In this document: positions 1-17,102 of the stretch, in pieces
Layout: each line of letters opens with the position of its first letter
Numbering within the stretch: position 1 is the stretch's first letter
Sequence record: OV876900
Reading direction: 5' to 3' (one strand)
Origin: Escherichia phage UGKSEcP2
DNA: 64,000 nt
Program-made: the position numbers and the translations under genes
The notes under the pieces: generated by a model
Database searches by the model: none
Told to the model about the DNA's origin: nothing
Seen by the model: the letters and a program-made list of their open reading frames with translations, nothing else

Positions 1-1202
1 GAGATATAGAAGCACTAGCACAGATCAGTGTTAATAAAAATGACATATCAAATTTAAAGACACTTACTAATGAACACACTGATATATTAACTGGAACTAA
101 TAATACAGTTGACAAAATTATTGCTGATATAGGTCCATTTAATGATGAAGAAAACTCTGTTTACAGAACAATTAGAAATGATTTATTGTGGATTAAACAG
201 GAATTAGGACAATATTCTGATCAAGACATTAACGGTCTTCCTGTTGTTGGTAATGCTAGCACAGGAATGAAACACAGAATAATAACAAATAGTACGTTAT
301 TATCTTCACAAGGCATTCGTTTAAGCGAATTAGAAACTAAATTTACTGAATCTGACGTAGGATCATTAACTGTTGAAGTTGGTAAATTACGCGATGAACT
401 TGGTAATAAACCGGTAGATTTTGGGCCAAATATTTATAATAGATTAAACACCATAGATGATAAACAAACTTTAATAAATTCTGATATAGCAGAAATTAAA
501 TCTTCTATTGGATACCCAGAAAATGTTTCTATAATAACAGAAATTAATAATAACAAAAGTAGCATTGAAGCTATTAATAATGAATTAAATCAGAGTGAAG
601 GTGTTAAACAGCGCTTAACGGCTATTGAAACTTCTATAGGTTCAGATGATATTCCTTCTAGTATTAAAGGAAAAATTAAAAATCACACAACTTCTATTGA
701 GTCTTTAAATGGAATTGTCGGTGAAAACACTTCGTCTGGTTTAAGAGCAAATGTTTCATGGTTAAATCAAATTGTTGGAACTGACTCCAGCGGAGGACAA
801 CCGTCTCCTTCTGGATCTCTATTAAATAGAGTTTCAGTGATTGAAGGAGAAGTTTCAGTTTTAAACAATAATGTTCAAAATATACAAGTTGAAATAGGAA
901 ATAATAGAACAGGAATTAAAGGTCAAGTTATTGAACTTACTTCACTTATAAATGGAAATAATCCTGACGGATCAACTGTTGAAGAACGAGGATTAACTAA
1001 TTCTGTAAAAACGAATGAAACTAACATTGCGGCAGTCACACAGGAAGTAAATACAGTTAAAGAAAATATATCCTCTTTACAGAGTAGCGTTCAAGATCTA
1101 CAAGAAGCAGGTTATATTCCTGAAGCTCCAAAAGATGGCCAAGCTTACGTTCGTAAAGACGGCGAATGGGTATTGCTTTCTACCTTTTTATCACCAGCAT
1201 AA
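1..1202 (+). CDS. wac: fibritin (whisker/neck fibre), 5' end truncated by window edge; frame open from nt 3
   Basis: Reading frame open from nt 3 to stop at 1200-1202; C-terminal foldon motif [27 protein letters not shown]; coiled-coil heptad-rich body; lies immediately upstream of gene 13 as in T4. Confidence 0.9.
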   Translation, partial: DIEALAQISVNKNDISNLKTLTNEHTDILTGTNNTVDKIIADIGPFNDEENSVYRTIRNDLLWIKQELGQYSDQDINGLPVVGNASTGMKHRIITNSTLLSSQGIRLSELETKFTESDVGSLTVEVGKLRDELGNKPVDFGPNIYNRLNTIDDKQTLINSDIAEIKSSIGYPENVSIITEINNNKSSIEAINNELNQSEGVKQRLTAIETSIGSDDIPSSIKGKIKNHTTSIESLNGIVGENTSSGLRANVSWLNQIVGTDSSGGQPSPSGSLLNRVSVIEGEVSVLNNNVQNIQVEIGNNRTGIKGQVIELTSLINGNNPDGSTVEERGLTNSVKTNETNIAAVTQEVNTVKENISSLQSSVQDLQEAGYIPEAPKDGQAYVRKDGEWVLLSTFLSPA

Positions 1203-1204
1203 CA

Positions 1205-1222
1205 TGGGGCCGCAAGGCCCCA
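1205..1222 (+). other. GCAA-tetraloop hairpin between wac and gene 13
   Basis: tggggcc-gcaa-ggcccca, 7-bp stem; no U-run follows, so more likely an RNA-stability or processing structure than a terminator. Confidence 0.5.
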
Positions 1223-1233
1223 AAGGATTTTAA

Positions 1234-2935
<1,702 letters not shown>

Positions 2936-2976
2936 TAAATATTATAAACTAATTAAAGCCCAGATTAGGAGAAATC

Positions 2977-6117
<3,141 letters not shown>

Positions 6118-6145
6118 TATTAAAGCATATTAAAGAGGATTAAAA

Positions 6146-8125
6146 ATGACTTTATTATCTCCGGGCATTGAGCTCAAAGAAACTACGGTTCAAAGCACCG
6201 TGGTTAATAACTCTACTGGTACAGCAGCTTTGGCCGGTAAATTCCAGTGGGGTCCTGCTTTTCAAATTAAACAGGTTACAAATGAAGTAGATTTAGTTAA
6301 TACTTTTGGTCAACCTACAGCTGAAACTGCTGACTATTTTATGTCTGCAATGAATTTCTTACAATACGGAAATGATTTGCGAGTTGTGCGTGCTGTCGAT
6401 AGAGATACCGCTAAAAACTCATCTCCGATTGCCGGTAATATTGAATACACTATTTCTACCCCAGGTAGTAACTACGTGGTTGGAGATAAAATCACGGTTA
6501 AGTATGTTTCAGAAGATGTTGAAACAGAATGTAAAGTTACCGAAGTAGATGCTGATGGAAAAATTAAGAAAATTAATATTCCCACCGCAAAAATTATCGC
6601 TAAAGCAAAAGAAGTAGGCGAATATCCAGCATTAGGTTCTAATTGGACCGCGGAAATTTCTTCGTCTTCCTCTGGTTTAGCTGCAGTAATAACTCTTGGA
6701 AAAATTATTACTGATTCTGGTATTTTATTAGCTGAAATTGAAAATGCCGAAGCTGCTATGACAGCTGTTGACTTTCAGGCAAATCTCGAAAAATATGGAA
6801 TTCCTGGAGTAGTAGCTCTTTATCCAGGCGAGTTGGGCGATAAAATCGAAATTGAAATCGTATCTAAAGCTGACTACGCAAAAGGTGCTTCTGCATTACT
6901 TCCAATTTATCCAGGTGGCGGAACACGCGCATCTACTGCTAAAGCGGTGTTTGGATATGGACCGCAAACTGATTCACAATACGCTATCATAGTTCGTCGC
7001 AATGATGCTATTGTTCAAAGCGTTGTTCTTTCAACGAAGCGTGGTGAAAAAGATATTTACGATAGTAACATCTATATTGATGACTTTTTCGCAAAAGGTG
7101 GTTCAGAATATATTTTCGCAACTGCGCAAAACTGGCCAGAAGGCTTCTCTGGAATTTTAACTCTGTCTGGTGGATTATCATCAAATGCTGAAGTAACAGC
7201 AGGAGATTTGATGGAAGCTTGGGACTTCTTTGCTGACCGCGAATCTGTTGACGTTCAGTTGTTTATTGCGGGTTCTTGTGCCGGTGAATCTTTAGAAACA
7301 GCATCTACTGTCCAAAAACACGTCGTTTCAATTGGAGATGCTCGCCAAGATTGCTTAGTATTGTGCTCACCACCGCGTGAAACTGTTGTTGGAATTCCTG
7401 TAACTCGTGCTGTTGATAACTTAGTCAATTGGAGAACCGCATCAGGTTCATACACTGATAATAACTTTAATATCAGTTCAACCTACGCAGCAATTGATGG
7501 TAACTACAAGTATCAGTATGACAAATATAATGATGTAAATCGTTGGGTTCCATTAGCAGCTGACATTGCTGGTTTATGCGCGAGAACTGATAACGTTTCT
7601 CAGACTTGGATGTCTCCAGCTGGTTATAATCGTGGCCAGATTCTTAACGTTATTAAACTTGCTATTGAAACTCGCCAAGCTCAGCGCGACCGTTTATATC
7701 AAGAAGCTATCAACCCAGTAACTGGTACAGGTGGTGATGGTTACGTATTATATGGTGATAAAACAGCTACTTCTGTTCCTTCTCCATTTGATCGTATTAA
7801 CGTTCGTCGTCTGTTTAATATGTTGAAAACGAATATCGGACGTAGTTCAAAATATCGTTTGTTCGAATTAAACAACGCGTTTACTCGTTCATCGTTCCGC
7901 ACAGAAACTGCCCAATACTTACAGGGAATTAAAGCTCTCGGTGGAATTTATGAATATCGTGTAGTTTGCGATACAACAAATAACACTCCGTCAGTAATTG
8001 ATAGAAATGAGTTTGTTGCAACATTCTACATTCAACCGGCTAGAAGCATTAACTACATTACCTTAAACTTCGTAGCAACTGCTACTGGTGCAGATTTCGA
8101 TGAGTTAACTGGTCTTGCAGGTTAA
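6146..8125 (+). CDS. 18: tail sheath protein gp18
   Basis: 659 aa, T4 gp18 length; late promoter TATAAATA just upstream. Confidence 0.95.
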   Translation: MTLLSPGIELKETTVQSTVVNNSTGTAALAGKFQWGPAFQIKQVTNEVDLVNTFGQPTAETADYFMSAMNFLQYGNDLRVVRAVDRDTAKNSSPIAGNIEYTISTPGSNYVVGDKITVKYVSEDVETECKVTEVDADGKIKKINIPTAKIIAKAKEVGEYPALGSNWTAEISSSSSGLAAVITLGKIITDSGILLAEIENAEAAMTAVDFQANLEKYGIPGVVALYPGELGDKIEIEIVSKADYAKGASALLPIYPGGGTRASTAKAVFGYGPQTDSQYAIIVRRNDAIVQSVVLSTKRGEKDIYDSNIYIDDFFAKGGSEYIFATAQNWPEGFSGILTLSGGLSSNAEVTAGDLMEAWDFFADRESVDVQLFIAGSCAGESLETASTVQKHVVSIGDARQDCLVLCSPPRETVVGIPVTRAVDNLVNWRTASGSYTDNNFNISSTYAAIDGNYKYQYDKYNDVNRWVPLAADIAGLCARTDNVSQTWMSPAGYNRGQILNVIKLAIETRQAQRDRLYQEAINPVTGTGGDGYVLYGDKTATSVPSPFDRINVRRLFNMLKTNIGRSSKYRLFELNNAFTRSSFRTETAQYLQGIKALGGIYEYRVVCDTTNNTPSVIDRNEFVATFYIQPARSINYITLNFVATATGADFDELTGLAG

Positions 8126-8160
8126 TACGGTGCATTCTAAAGGCCTGTTTCGGCAGGCCA

Positions 8161-8168
8161 TATAAATA
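8161..8168 (+). promoter_or_regulatory. late promoter TATAAATA (18-19 intergenic, distal)
   Basis: Exact TATAAATA. Confidence 0.5.
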
Positions 8169-8219
8169 CACTATATCCTTAATTCTTTAATTCTATATGC
8201 CCTAGGTTAAACATAGGGA

Positions 8220-8227
8220 TATAAATA
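8220..8227 (+). promoter_or_regulatory. late promoter TATAAATA for gene 19
   Basis: Exact TATAAATA 15 nt upstream of ATG. Confidence 0.6.
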
Positions 8228-8241
8228 CTACAGAGGCTAAT

Positions 8242-8733
8242 ATGTTTGTAGATGATGTAACACGAGCGTTTGAATCTGGTGATTTTGCTCGACCTAACTT
8301 ATTCCAAGTAGAAATTTCTTATCTTGGACAAAATTTTACGTTTCAATGTAAAGCCACTGCTTTACCAGCTGGTATTGTAGAAAAAATTCCAGTCGGTTTT
8401 ATGAACCGTAAAATTAACGTAGCAGGCGATCGTACATTCGATGACTGGACTGTTACAGTAATGAACGATGAGGCACATGATGCTCGCCAGAAGTTTGTTG
8501 ATTGGCAAAGCATTGCTGCTGGGCAAGGGAACGAAATTACTGGTGGAAAACCAGCAGAGTATAAAAAGAGTGCTGTTGTTCGCCAATATGCTCGTGACGC
8601 TAAAACTGTAACAAAAGAAGTTGAAATTAAAGGCCTGTGGCCTACTAACGTGGGTGAACTTCAATTAGATTGGGATTCAAACAATGAAATCCAAACCTTT
8701 GAAGTAACTCTCGCTCTCGATTATTGGGAATAA
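8242..8733 (+). CDS. 19: tail tube protein gp19
   Basis: 163 aa, T4 gp19 length; two TATAAATA motifs upstream. Confidence 0.95.
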   Translation: MFVDDVTRAFESGDFARPNLFQVEISYLGQNFTFQCKATALPAGIVEKIPVGFMNRKINVAGDRTFDDWTVTVMNDEAHDARQKFVDWQSIAAGQGNEITGGKPAEYKKSAVVRQYARDAKTVTKEVEIKGLWPTNVGELQLDWDSNNEIQTFEVTLALDYWE

Positions 8734-8765
8734 AATGAATGGGGAGAAATCCCCATCCTGCTTAA

Positions 8766-10390
<1,625 letters not shown>

Positions 10391-10391
<1 letters not shown>

Positions 10392-10630
10392 TGGAAGGTT
10401 TAATTGAAGCTATTAAATCAAACGACCTCGTAGCCGCTCGTAAATTATTTGCTGAAGCCATGGCTGCAAGAACGATTGATTTAATTAAAGAAGAAAAAAT
10501 CGCTATCGCTCGTAATTTCTTAATCGAAGGTGAAGAACCTGAAGATGAAGATGACGAAGATAGCGATGATAAAGACGACAAAAAAGACAAAGACTCTGAT
10601 GAAGATGACGAAGACGAGGATGATGAATAA
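10391..10630 (+). CDS. 67: prohead core protein gp67 (acidic C-terminal tail)
   Basis: 79 aa, D/E-rich tail; TAATG overlap with gene 20 stop; synteny 20-67-68-21. Confidence 0.85.
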
Positions 10631-11055
10631 TGCTTCTGATCCCTGAAACTCATGAATTAGTTCTCGAGAATGTCGAAGCACTTATTCCTGAAGCACAGGG
10701 TCGCTTTGACGAATTGTCTTCTGCTTTAAATAAAGACGATATAAATACAATTGTCGAGAATATGCTTGATGATGAAACTGATTTAGCGGTTGCATTAGCT
10801 TCTATTAATGAAGATATGCCGCTAAATGAATTCATCGTTAAACATGTTTCTGCTCGTGGTGAAATTACACGTACCAAAGACCGCAAAACGCGTGAACGTA
10901 ATGCATTTCAAACCACCGGGCTGTCTAAAGCAAAACGTAGACAAATTGCTCGCAAAGCTACCAAAACGAAGATTGCCAATCCAGCAGGTCAATCTCGTGC
11001 TCAGCGTAAGCGTAAAAAAGCTCTTAAACGCCGTAAAGCATTAGGATTAAGCTAA
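10630..11055 (+). CDS. 68: prohead core protein gp68
   Basis: 141 aa; start overlaps gene 67 stop; basic C-terminus. Confidence 0.85.
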   Translation: MLLIPETHELVLENVEALIPEAQGRFDELSSALNKDDINTIVENMLDDETDLAVALASINEDMPLNEFIVKHVSARGEITRTKDRKTRERNAFQTTGLSKAKRRQIARKATKTKIANPAGQSRAQRKRKKALKRRKALGLS

Positions 11056-11693
11056 TGAATGAACCCCAATTACTAATTGAAACTTGGGGTCAACCTGGCG
11101 AAATTATTGATGGCGTGCCAATGCTTGAATCTCATGATGGAAAAGACCTAGGTTTAAAACCCGGTTTATACATCGAAGGAATATTCATGCAAGCGGAAGT
11201 CGTCAATAGAAATAAACGTCTTTATCCAAAACGCATATTAGAAAAAGCGGTAAAAGACTATATCAATGAGCAAGTTTTAACTAAACAAGCTCTCGGAGAA
11301 TTAAATCATCCTCCACGCGCTAATGTTGACCCGATGCAAGCCGCTATCATTATAGAAGATATGTGGTGGAAAGGAAATGACGTATACGGACGAGCTCGTG
11401 TTATTGAAGGTGACCATGGTCCTGGAGATAAATTAGCAGCTAATATTCGTGCCGGATGGATTCCAGGAGTTTCTTCTCGTGGATTAGGTTCATTGACTGA
11501 CACAAATAAAGGTTATCGTATCGTAAACGAAGGATTCAAATTAACTGTAGGTGTTGATGCAGTATGGGGTCCAAGTGCTCCAGATGCATGGGTAACTCCT
11601 AAGGAAATTACCGAATCACAGACGGCGGAAGCCGATACAAGTGCCGATGACGCCTATATGGCTCTCGCAGAGGCCATGAAAAAAGCGTTATAA
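11055..11693 (+). CDS. 21: prohead core protease gp21
   Basis: 212 aa, T4 gp21 length; TAATG coupling to gene 68. Confidence 0.92.
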   Translation: MNEPQLLIETWGQPGEIIDGVPMLESHDGKDLGLKPGLYIEGIFMQAEVVNRNKRLYPKRILEKAVKDYINEQVLTKQALGELNHPPRANVDPMQAAIIIEDMWWKGNDVYGRARVIEGDHGPGDKLAANIRAGWIPGVSSRGLGSLTDTNKGYRIVNEGFKLTVGVDAVWGPSAPDAWVTPKEITESQTAEADTSADDAYMALAEAMKKAL

Positions 11694-11696
11694 ATA
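11689..11696 (+). promoter_or_regulatory. late promoter TATAAATA for gene 22
   Basis: Exact TATAAATA overlapping gene 21 stop. Confidence 0.6.
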
Positions 11697-11723
11697 TTAT
11701 TATCTAAACAACAGGACTACAAA

Positions 11724-12533
11724 ATGCTTAAAGAACAACTGATTGCTGAAGCGCAAAAAATTGATGCTTCCGTTGCTCTTGATAGTATTTTCGAATCAGT
11801 TAATATTTCTCCGGAAGCAAAAGAAACTTTCGGCACTGTATTCGAAGCTACCGTCAAGCAGCACGCCGTTAAATTAGCTGAATCTCATATCGCTAAAATT
11901 GCTGAAAAAGCAGAAGAAGAAGTAGAAAAAAATAAAGAAGAAGCCGAAGAAAAAGCTGAGAAGAAAATCGCTGAGCAAGCTTCTAAATTCATCGACCATC
12001 TTGCGAAAGAATGGCTCGCTGAAAATAAATTAGCAGTTGATAAAGGCATCAAAGCCGAACTGTTTGAATCCATGCTTGGTGGATTAAAAGAGCTCTTTGT
12101 TGAACACAACGTTGTTGTTCCAGAAGAATCAGTTGATGTTGTAGCTGAAATGGAAGAAGAGCTGCAAGAACATAAAGAAGAATCAGCTCGTCTGTTCGAA
12201 GAACTCAATAAGCGTGACGCATATATCAATTATGTGCAGCGTGAAGTGGCATTGAGCGAAAGTACTAAAGATCTGACTGAGTCTCAAAAAGAAAAAGTCT
12301 CTGCTCTGGTCGAAGGTATGGATTATTCAGATGCATTCTCAAGTAAATTGAGTGCCATCGTAGAAATGGTGAAGAAGTCTAATAAAGATGAAAGCACTAT
12401 TACTGAGGGTATAAATACTCCTGATACTGAAGCAGCCGGACTGAATTTCGTCACTGAAGCTGTAGAAGATAAAACTGCACCTGGTGCAGAAGATATTGTA
12501 AGTGTATATGCGAAAGTCGCATCTCGTTTCTAA
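11724..12533 (+). CDS. 22: prohead scaffold core protein gp22
   Basis: 269 aa, E/K-rich coiled-coil composition; T4 gp22 length. Confidence 0.92.
   Translation: MLKEQLIAEAQKIDASVALDSIFESVNISPEAKETFGTVFEATVKQHAVKLAESHIAKIAEKAEEEVEKNKEEAEEKAEKKIAEQASKFIDHLAKEWLAENKLAVDKGIKAELFESMLGGLKELFVEHNVVVPEESVDVVAEMEEELQEHKEESARLFEELNKRDAYINYVQREVALSESTKDLTESQKEKVSALVEGMDYSDAFSSKLSAIVEMVKKSNKDESTITEGINTPDTEAAGLNFVTEAVEDKTAPGAEDIVSVYAKVASRF
12410..12417 (+). promoter_or_regulatory. late promoter TATAAATA for gene 23, inside 3' end of gene 22
   Basis: Exact TATAAATA about 135 nt upstream of gene 23 ATG; T4 P23 is known to lie in gene 22. Confidence 0.55.
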
Positions 12534-12551
12534 TTTTAAAGGTTAACACAA

Positions 12552-14117
12552 ATGACTATCAAAACTAAAGCTGAACTTTTGAACAAATGGAAGCCATTAC
12601 TGGAAGGTGAAGGTTTACCGGAAATTGCTAATAGCAAACAAGCGATTATCGCTAAAATCTTTGAAAACCAGGAAAAAGATTTCCAGACAGCTCCAGAATA
12701 CAAAGACGAAAAAATCGCTCAGGCGTTCGGTTCTTTCTTAACAGAAGCTGAAATCGGTGGTGACCACGGTTACAACGCTACTAACATCGCTGCTGGTCAG
12801 ACTTCTGGCGCAGTAACTCAGATTGGCCCAGCTGTTATGGGTATGGTACGTCGTGCTATTCCTAACCTGATTGCTTTCGATATTTGCGGTGTTCAGCCGA
12901 TGAATAGCCCGACTGGCCAGGTATTCGCACTGCGTGCAGTATATGGTAAAGACCCAATCGCTGCTGATGCTAAAGAAGCATTCCACCCAATGTATGGTCC
13001 AGATGCAATGTTCTCTGGTCAGGGTGCTGCTAAGAAATTCACTGCTTTAACTGCTGGCGCTACTACTGTCAAAGGTGACATCTATACTTATTTCTTCCAG
13101 GAAACTGGTACTGTATATCTGCAGGCTTCCTCTGTAGTAACAATTAGTTCAAGTGCTGATGATGCAGCTAAATTAGATGCTGAAATTAAGAAACAAATGG
13201 AAGCTGGTGTACTGGTAGAAATCGCTGAAGGTATGGCTACTTCTATCGCTGAACTTCAGGAAGGTTTCAACGGTTCTACCGATAACCCATGGAATGAAAT
13301 GGGCTTCCGTATCGATAAACAAGTTATCGAAGCTAAATCTCGTCAGCTGAAAGCTGCTTACTCTATCGAATTAGCACAAGACCTCCGCGCTGTTCACGGT
13401 ATGGATGCTGATGCTGAACTGTCTGGTATTCTGGCTACCGAAATCATGCTGGAAATCAACCGCGAAGTTGTTGATTGGATTAACTACTCAGCTCAGGTTG
13501 GTAAATCTGGTATGACCCTGACTCCGGGTTCTAAAGCTGGTGTATTTGACTTCCAGGATCCGATTGATATTCGTGGTGCTCGCTGGGCGGGTGAATCCTT
13601 TAAAGCTCTGTTGTTCCAGATTGACAAAGAAGCAGTTGAAATTGCTCGTCAGACCGGTCGTGGTGAAGGTAACTTCATTATCGCTTCCCGTAACGTAGTT
13701 AACGTTCTGGCTTCAGTTGATACTGGCATTTCTTATGCTGCACAGGGTCTGGCTACCGGCTTTAACACTGATACTACCAAGTCAGTATTTGCTGGTGTTC
13801 TGGGTGGTAAATACCGTGTATATATCGACCAGTATGCTAAACAGGATTATTTCACTGTAGGTTATAAAGGTCCGAACGAAATGGATGCTGGTATTTACTA
13901 CGCTCCATATGTAGCTCTGACTCCGCTGCGTGGTTCCGATCCGAAGAACTTCCAACCGGTAATGGGATTCAAAACTCGTTACGGTATCGGTATCAACCCA
14001 TTTGCAGAATCCGCTGCTCAGGCTCCGGCTTCTCGCATCCAGAGCGGTATGCCTTCTATTCTGAATAGCCTTGGTAAAAACGCTTACTTCCGCCGTGTAT
14101 ATGTTAAAGGTATCTAA
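12552..14117 (+). CDS. 23: major capsid protein gp23
   Basis: 521 aa; N-terminus MTIKTKAELLNKWKPLLEGEG and body match recalled T4 gp23; strong terminator hairpin follows. Confidence 0.97.
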   Translation: MTIKTKAELLNKWKPLLEGEGLPEIANSKQAIIAKIFENQEKDFQTAPEYKDEKIAQAFGSFLTEAEIGGDHGYNATNIAAGQTSGAVTQIGPAVMGMVRRAIPNLIAFDICGVQPMNSPTGQVFALRAVYGKDPIAADAKEAFHPMYGPDAMFSGQGAAKKFTALTAGATTVKGDIYTYFFQETGTVYLQASSVVTISSSADDAAKLDAEIKKQMEAGVLVEIAEGMATSIAELQEGFNGSTDNPWNEMGFRIDKQVIEAKSRQLKAAYSIELAQDLRAVHGMDADAELSGILATEIMLEINREVVDWINYSAQVGKSGMTLTPGSKAGVFDFQDPIDIRGARWAGESFKALLFQIDKEAVEIARQTGRGEGNFIIASRNVVNVLASVDTGISYAAQGLATGFNTDTTKSVFAGVLGGKYRVYIDQYAKQDYFTVGYKGPNEMDAGIYYAPYVALTPLRGSDPKNFQPVMGFKTRYGIGINPFAESAAQAPASRIQSGMPSILNSLGKNAYFRRVYVKGI

Positions 14118-14130
14118 TCTTTGACGATTT

Positions 14131-14163
14131 AAGGGACCTTCGGGTCCCTTTAGTTGTTTTTAT
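14131..14163 (+). terminator. rho-independent terminator after gene 23
   Basis: gggacc-ttcg-ggtccc hairpin followed by T-rich tract. Confidence 0.75.
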
Positions 14164-14165
14164 GG

Positions 14166-14173
14166 TATAAATA
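14166..14173 (+). promoter_or_regulatory. late promoter TATAAATA for gene 24
   Basis: Exact TATAAATA. Confidence 0.6.
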
Positions 14174-14200
14174 AATCATATAAACCAAAAGGAAAGCGCA

Positions 14201-15484
14201 ATGGCTAAAATCAACGAACTTCTGCGCGAATCAACCACAACGAATAGCAACTCAATCGGTCGCCCAAATCTCGTTGCTTTGACTCGCGCTACCACTAAAT
14301 TAATATATTCTGACATTGTAGCAACGCAAAGAACTAATCAACCTGTTGCTGCTTTTTATGGTATCAAATACCTTAACCCGGATAACGAATTTACATTTAA
14401 AACTGGTGCTACTTACGCCGGCGAAGCTGGGTATGTAGACCGAGAACAAATCACAGAATTAACAGAAGAGTCTAAATTAACTCTCAATAAAGGCGATTTA
14501 TTCAAATATAATAATATCGTTTATAAAGTATTAGAAGATACACCATTTGCTGATATTGAAGAAAGCGATTTAGAATTAGCTCTTCAGATTGCAATTGTTC
14601 TTTTAAAAGTTCGTCTATTTTCTGATGCTGCAGTAACAAGCAAATTTGAAAGCTCTAATAGTGAAATTGCGGATGCTAGATTCCAGATTAATAAATGGCA
14701 AACCGCAGTTAAATCTCGTAAACTTAAAACTGGCATCACAGTCGAATTAGCACAAGATTTAGAAGCAAATGGATTCGATGCTCCTAATTTCTTGGAAGAT
14801 TTGCTTGCAACTGAAATGGCGGATGAAATCAATAAAGATATTCTACAGTCTTTGATTACAGTATCAAAACGCTATAAAGTTACAGGAATTACTGATACTG
14901 GATTCATTGATTTGAGTTATGCATCTGCACCTGAAGCTGGTCGTTCATTATACCGAATGGTGTGTGAAATGGTTTCACATATCCAAAAAGAATCAACTTA
15001 TACAGCAACGTTCTGTGTTGCTTCAGCTCGTGCCGCTGCGATTCTTGCTGCATCAGGTTGGTTAAAACATAAACCAGAAGATGACAAATATCTTTCACAA
15101 AATGCCTACGGGTTCTTAGCTAATGGTTTACCGCTTTATTGCGATACCAACAGTCCATTAGATTATGTAATCGTTGGCGTAGTAGAAAATATTGGTGAAA
15201 AAGAAATTGTTGGATCAATTTTCTATGCTCCGTATACAGAAGGTCTTGACTTAGATGACCCTGAACATGTAGGTGCATTTAAAGTTGTAGTTGATCCAGA
15301 AAGTTTGCAGCCATCTATCGGTTTATTAGTTAGATATGCTTTATCTGCAAATCCTTACACTGTAGCAAAAGATGAAAAAGAAGCAAGAGTAATTGATGGT
15401 GGAGACATGGATAAAATGGCGGGTCGTTCAGATTTGTCTGTTTTATTAGGTGTTAAGTTACCAAAAATTATCATTGATGAATAA
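14201..15484 (+). CDS. 24: capsid vertex protein gp24
   Basis: 427 aa, T4 gp24 length; TATAAATA 28 nt upstream of ATG. Confidence 0.95.
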   Translation: MAKINELLRESTTTNSNSIGRPNLVALTRATTKLIYSDIVATQRTNQPVAAFYGIKYLNPDNEFTFKTGATYAGEAGYVDREQITELTEESKLTLNKGDLFKYNNIVYKVLEDTPFADIEESDLELALQIAIVLLKVRLFSDAAVTSKFESSNSEIADARFQINKWQTAVKSRKLKTGITVELAQDLEANGFDAPNFLEDLLATEMADEINKDILQSLITVSKRYKVTGITDTGFIDLSYASAPEAGRSLYRMVCEMVSHIQKESTYTATFCVASARAAAILAASGWLKHKPEDDKYLSQNAYGFLANGLPLYCDTNSPLDYVIVGVVENIGEKEIVGSIFYAPYTEGLDLDDPEHVGAFKVVVDPESLQPSIGLLVRYALSANPYTVAKDEKEARVIDGGDMDKMAGRSDLSVLLGVKLPKIIIDE

Positions 15485-15513
15485 AACAAAGGGACCGAAA
15501 GGTCCCTTTTTAT
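15485..15513. terminator. bidirectional terminator between gene 24 and rnlB
   Basis: gggacc-gaaa-ggtccc hairpin flanked by A-run and T-run. Confidence 0.7.
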
Positions 15514-16518
15514 TTAACTTACCAATTCAATCCAAGCCGGACGAAGTACATCTTGTACCATTTTAACTAATTCCTTCTTAATCAAAGAAGGATTATCCGC
15601 TTGAGTTAGAGTAATACCTTCACGAGAAGTTTCTTCCAAAATATCTTGAACAGTTAGTCCCATCACCTTTCCAAAATCTTTTGGACCAATTTCACCAATT
15701 TTAGAAATAACGTTATTTACTCGGTTCAGTGTAACGTAACAAGCTAAAATTCCAACCAATTTGTTATCAGCTTCTGACAGTTCAACTTTAGCTTTAATAG
15801 GCTTATCAGACTTTTTCTTTTCACTAAATTTAGAGTTCTTGTATTTGATAGCTACGCGATTGCCATTAGGCATCCAAGAAGGATAACAAGGTTTCAATAC
15901 ATATCCTTCAGCGGTAAATACTTCGCCTTTTGCTTCAGCATTCCAAACGCATTTATTTGCATCAACTAATCCAGCATGGTCTACCGTAAAATTATAATCC
16001 TGGACGACAGAATCTAAATCATTTGGCAATTTAATAAGCTCTTCAAATTTACCGCGACCTAAAAGTGGAGCCATTTTAAATTTAAATGTATTGCAGAATG
16101 ATTCCATCATATAATCATCGACATAAGTCACATCACCACTTTCTGTAGTAACAATAATGTCAAATACATAAAAATCTTTATCGCCATAATCGACATTCTT
16201 CTGAATGCCAGGTCCGGCGAATTCACCGAAGACTTGATAAGATACAACTGCTGAAGTTTCCATAATATCTTGTACTGCTTTAATGGAATCAGAGTAATTC
16301 TTCAAAATAATTTCATACCCAAAGAAATCTTCAGCAGGAAGAATAAGACCAGTGCGTTTAGCACAAGTTACTTTATCACGCTCAATAATTAATGAGAAAT
16401 TTGTGCCATGAATCTTTTCACGAGCTACCCATTCGCCGCCAGTCAATCCTAAACTGTAAAGTTTTTCAATGAATTTAGAATTGTAATGATTTTCAAGACT
16501 GCTATACTTTTTAAACAT
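15514..16518 (-). CDS. rnlB: RNA ligase 2 (Rnl2)
   Basis: 334 aa; N-terminus [14 protein letters not shown] and nucleotidyltransferase lysine motif region EKIHGTNF match recalled T4 Rnl2. Confidence 0.9.
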   Translation of the reverse strand: MFKKYSSLENHYNSKFIEKLYSLGLTGGEWVAREKIHGTNFSLIIERDKVTCAKRTGLILPAEDFFGYEIILKNYSDSIKAVQDIMETSAVVSYQVFGEFAGPGIQKNVDYGDKDFYVFDIIVTTESGDVTYVDDYMMESFCNTFKFKMAPLLGRGKFEELIKLPNDLDSVVQDYNFTVDHAGLVDANKCVWNAEAKGEVFTAEGYVLKPCYPSWMPNGNRVAIKYKNSKFSEKKKSDKPIKAKVELSEADNKLVGILACYVTLNRVNNVISKIGEIGPKDFGKVMGLTVQDILEETSREGITLTQADNPSLIKKELVKMVQDVLRPAWIELVS

Positions 16519-16527
16519 AATTAATCC

Positions 16528-16806
16528 TCAAAATGTAATTTCTAACCAATCACCATCACGCTGATCACTATTGACTTTAAAACTAAATCCTTCTTTTCTC
16601 AGCCAATCACCAATTTCTTCAGTAATCAATTTATCGCGAGCAGTACAATAATAACTAAAATATGTTTTACCTTGTTCAGCTGCTTTATTAGCAAGTTCCG
16701 AAAAATCTTTAATAAAACACTCTAGCTTAAACTGTTTACTTTTAAGTGCTTTTTCGCGTAATCGATTAGCAAAAGATTCATTTTCATAAAGATCATACTG
16801 TTCCAT
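16528..16806 (-). CDS. hypothetical protein (position of T4 24.2)
   Basis: 92 aa ATG ORF, tight spacing with neighbours on minus strand. Confidence 0.6.
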   Translation of the reverse strand: MEQYDLYENESFANRLREKALKSKQFKLECFIKDFSELANKAAEQGKTYFSYYCTARDKLITEEIGDWLRKEGFSFKVNSDQRDGDWLEITF

Positions 16807-16809
16807 TTT

Positions 16810-17007
16810 TCACCTTTTATTAATATGTCTTTTTCTATAGACAACTTTTTCTCGAGTTTCAAATTTATTCTTAGCAGTCATAGCTCGAGCCCATAATACA
16901 GCCACTTCTTTCGCCTGTAAGTTTAATTCACGAGCAATTTCAATGAATGACTTTCCAGACTCATGAAGAGTAAACACCACAACCTCAGTTCTCATAATCA
17001 ATCTCAT
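16810..17007 (-). CDS. hypothetical small basic protein, possible helix-turn-helix (position of T4 24.3)
   Basis: 65 aa ATG ORF; segment SFIEIARELNLQAKEV resembles an HTH; start could also be the internal ATG 12 nt downstream. Confidence 0.5.
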   Translation of the reverse strand: MRLIMRTEVVVFTLHESGKSFIEIARELNLQAKEVAVLWARAMTAKNKFETREKVVYRKRHINKR

Positions 17008-17067
17008 GTTATCGAGTTGATGCCATTATATACATCATTTTCTGAGTATGTTTTGTGTGCTTTCAAA

Positions 17068-17092
17068 ATGAAGAAAGGGGCCGAAGCCCCTT
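17068..17092 (-). terminator. terminator hairpin downstream of hoc
   Basis: ggggc-cgaa-gcccc with U-rich tract on minus strand; same hairpin motif recurs at 37901..37917. Confidence 0.55.
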
Positions 17093-17102
17093 ATGATTAT
17101 GA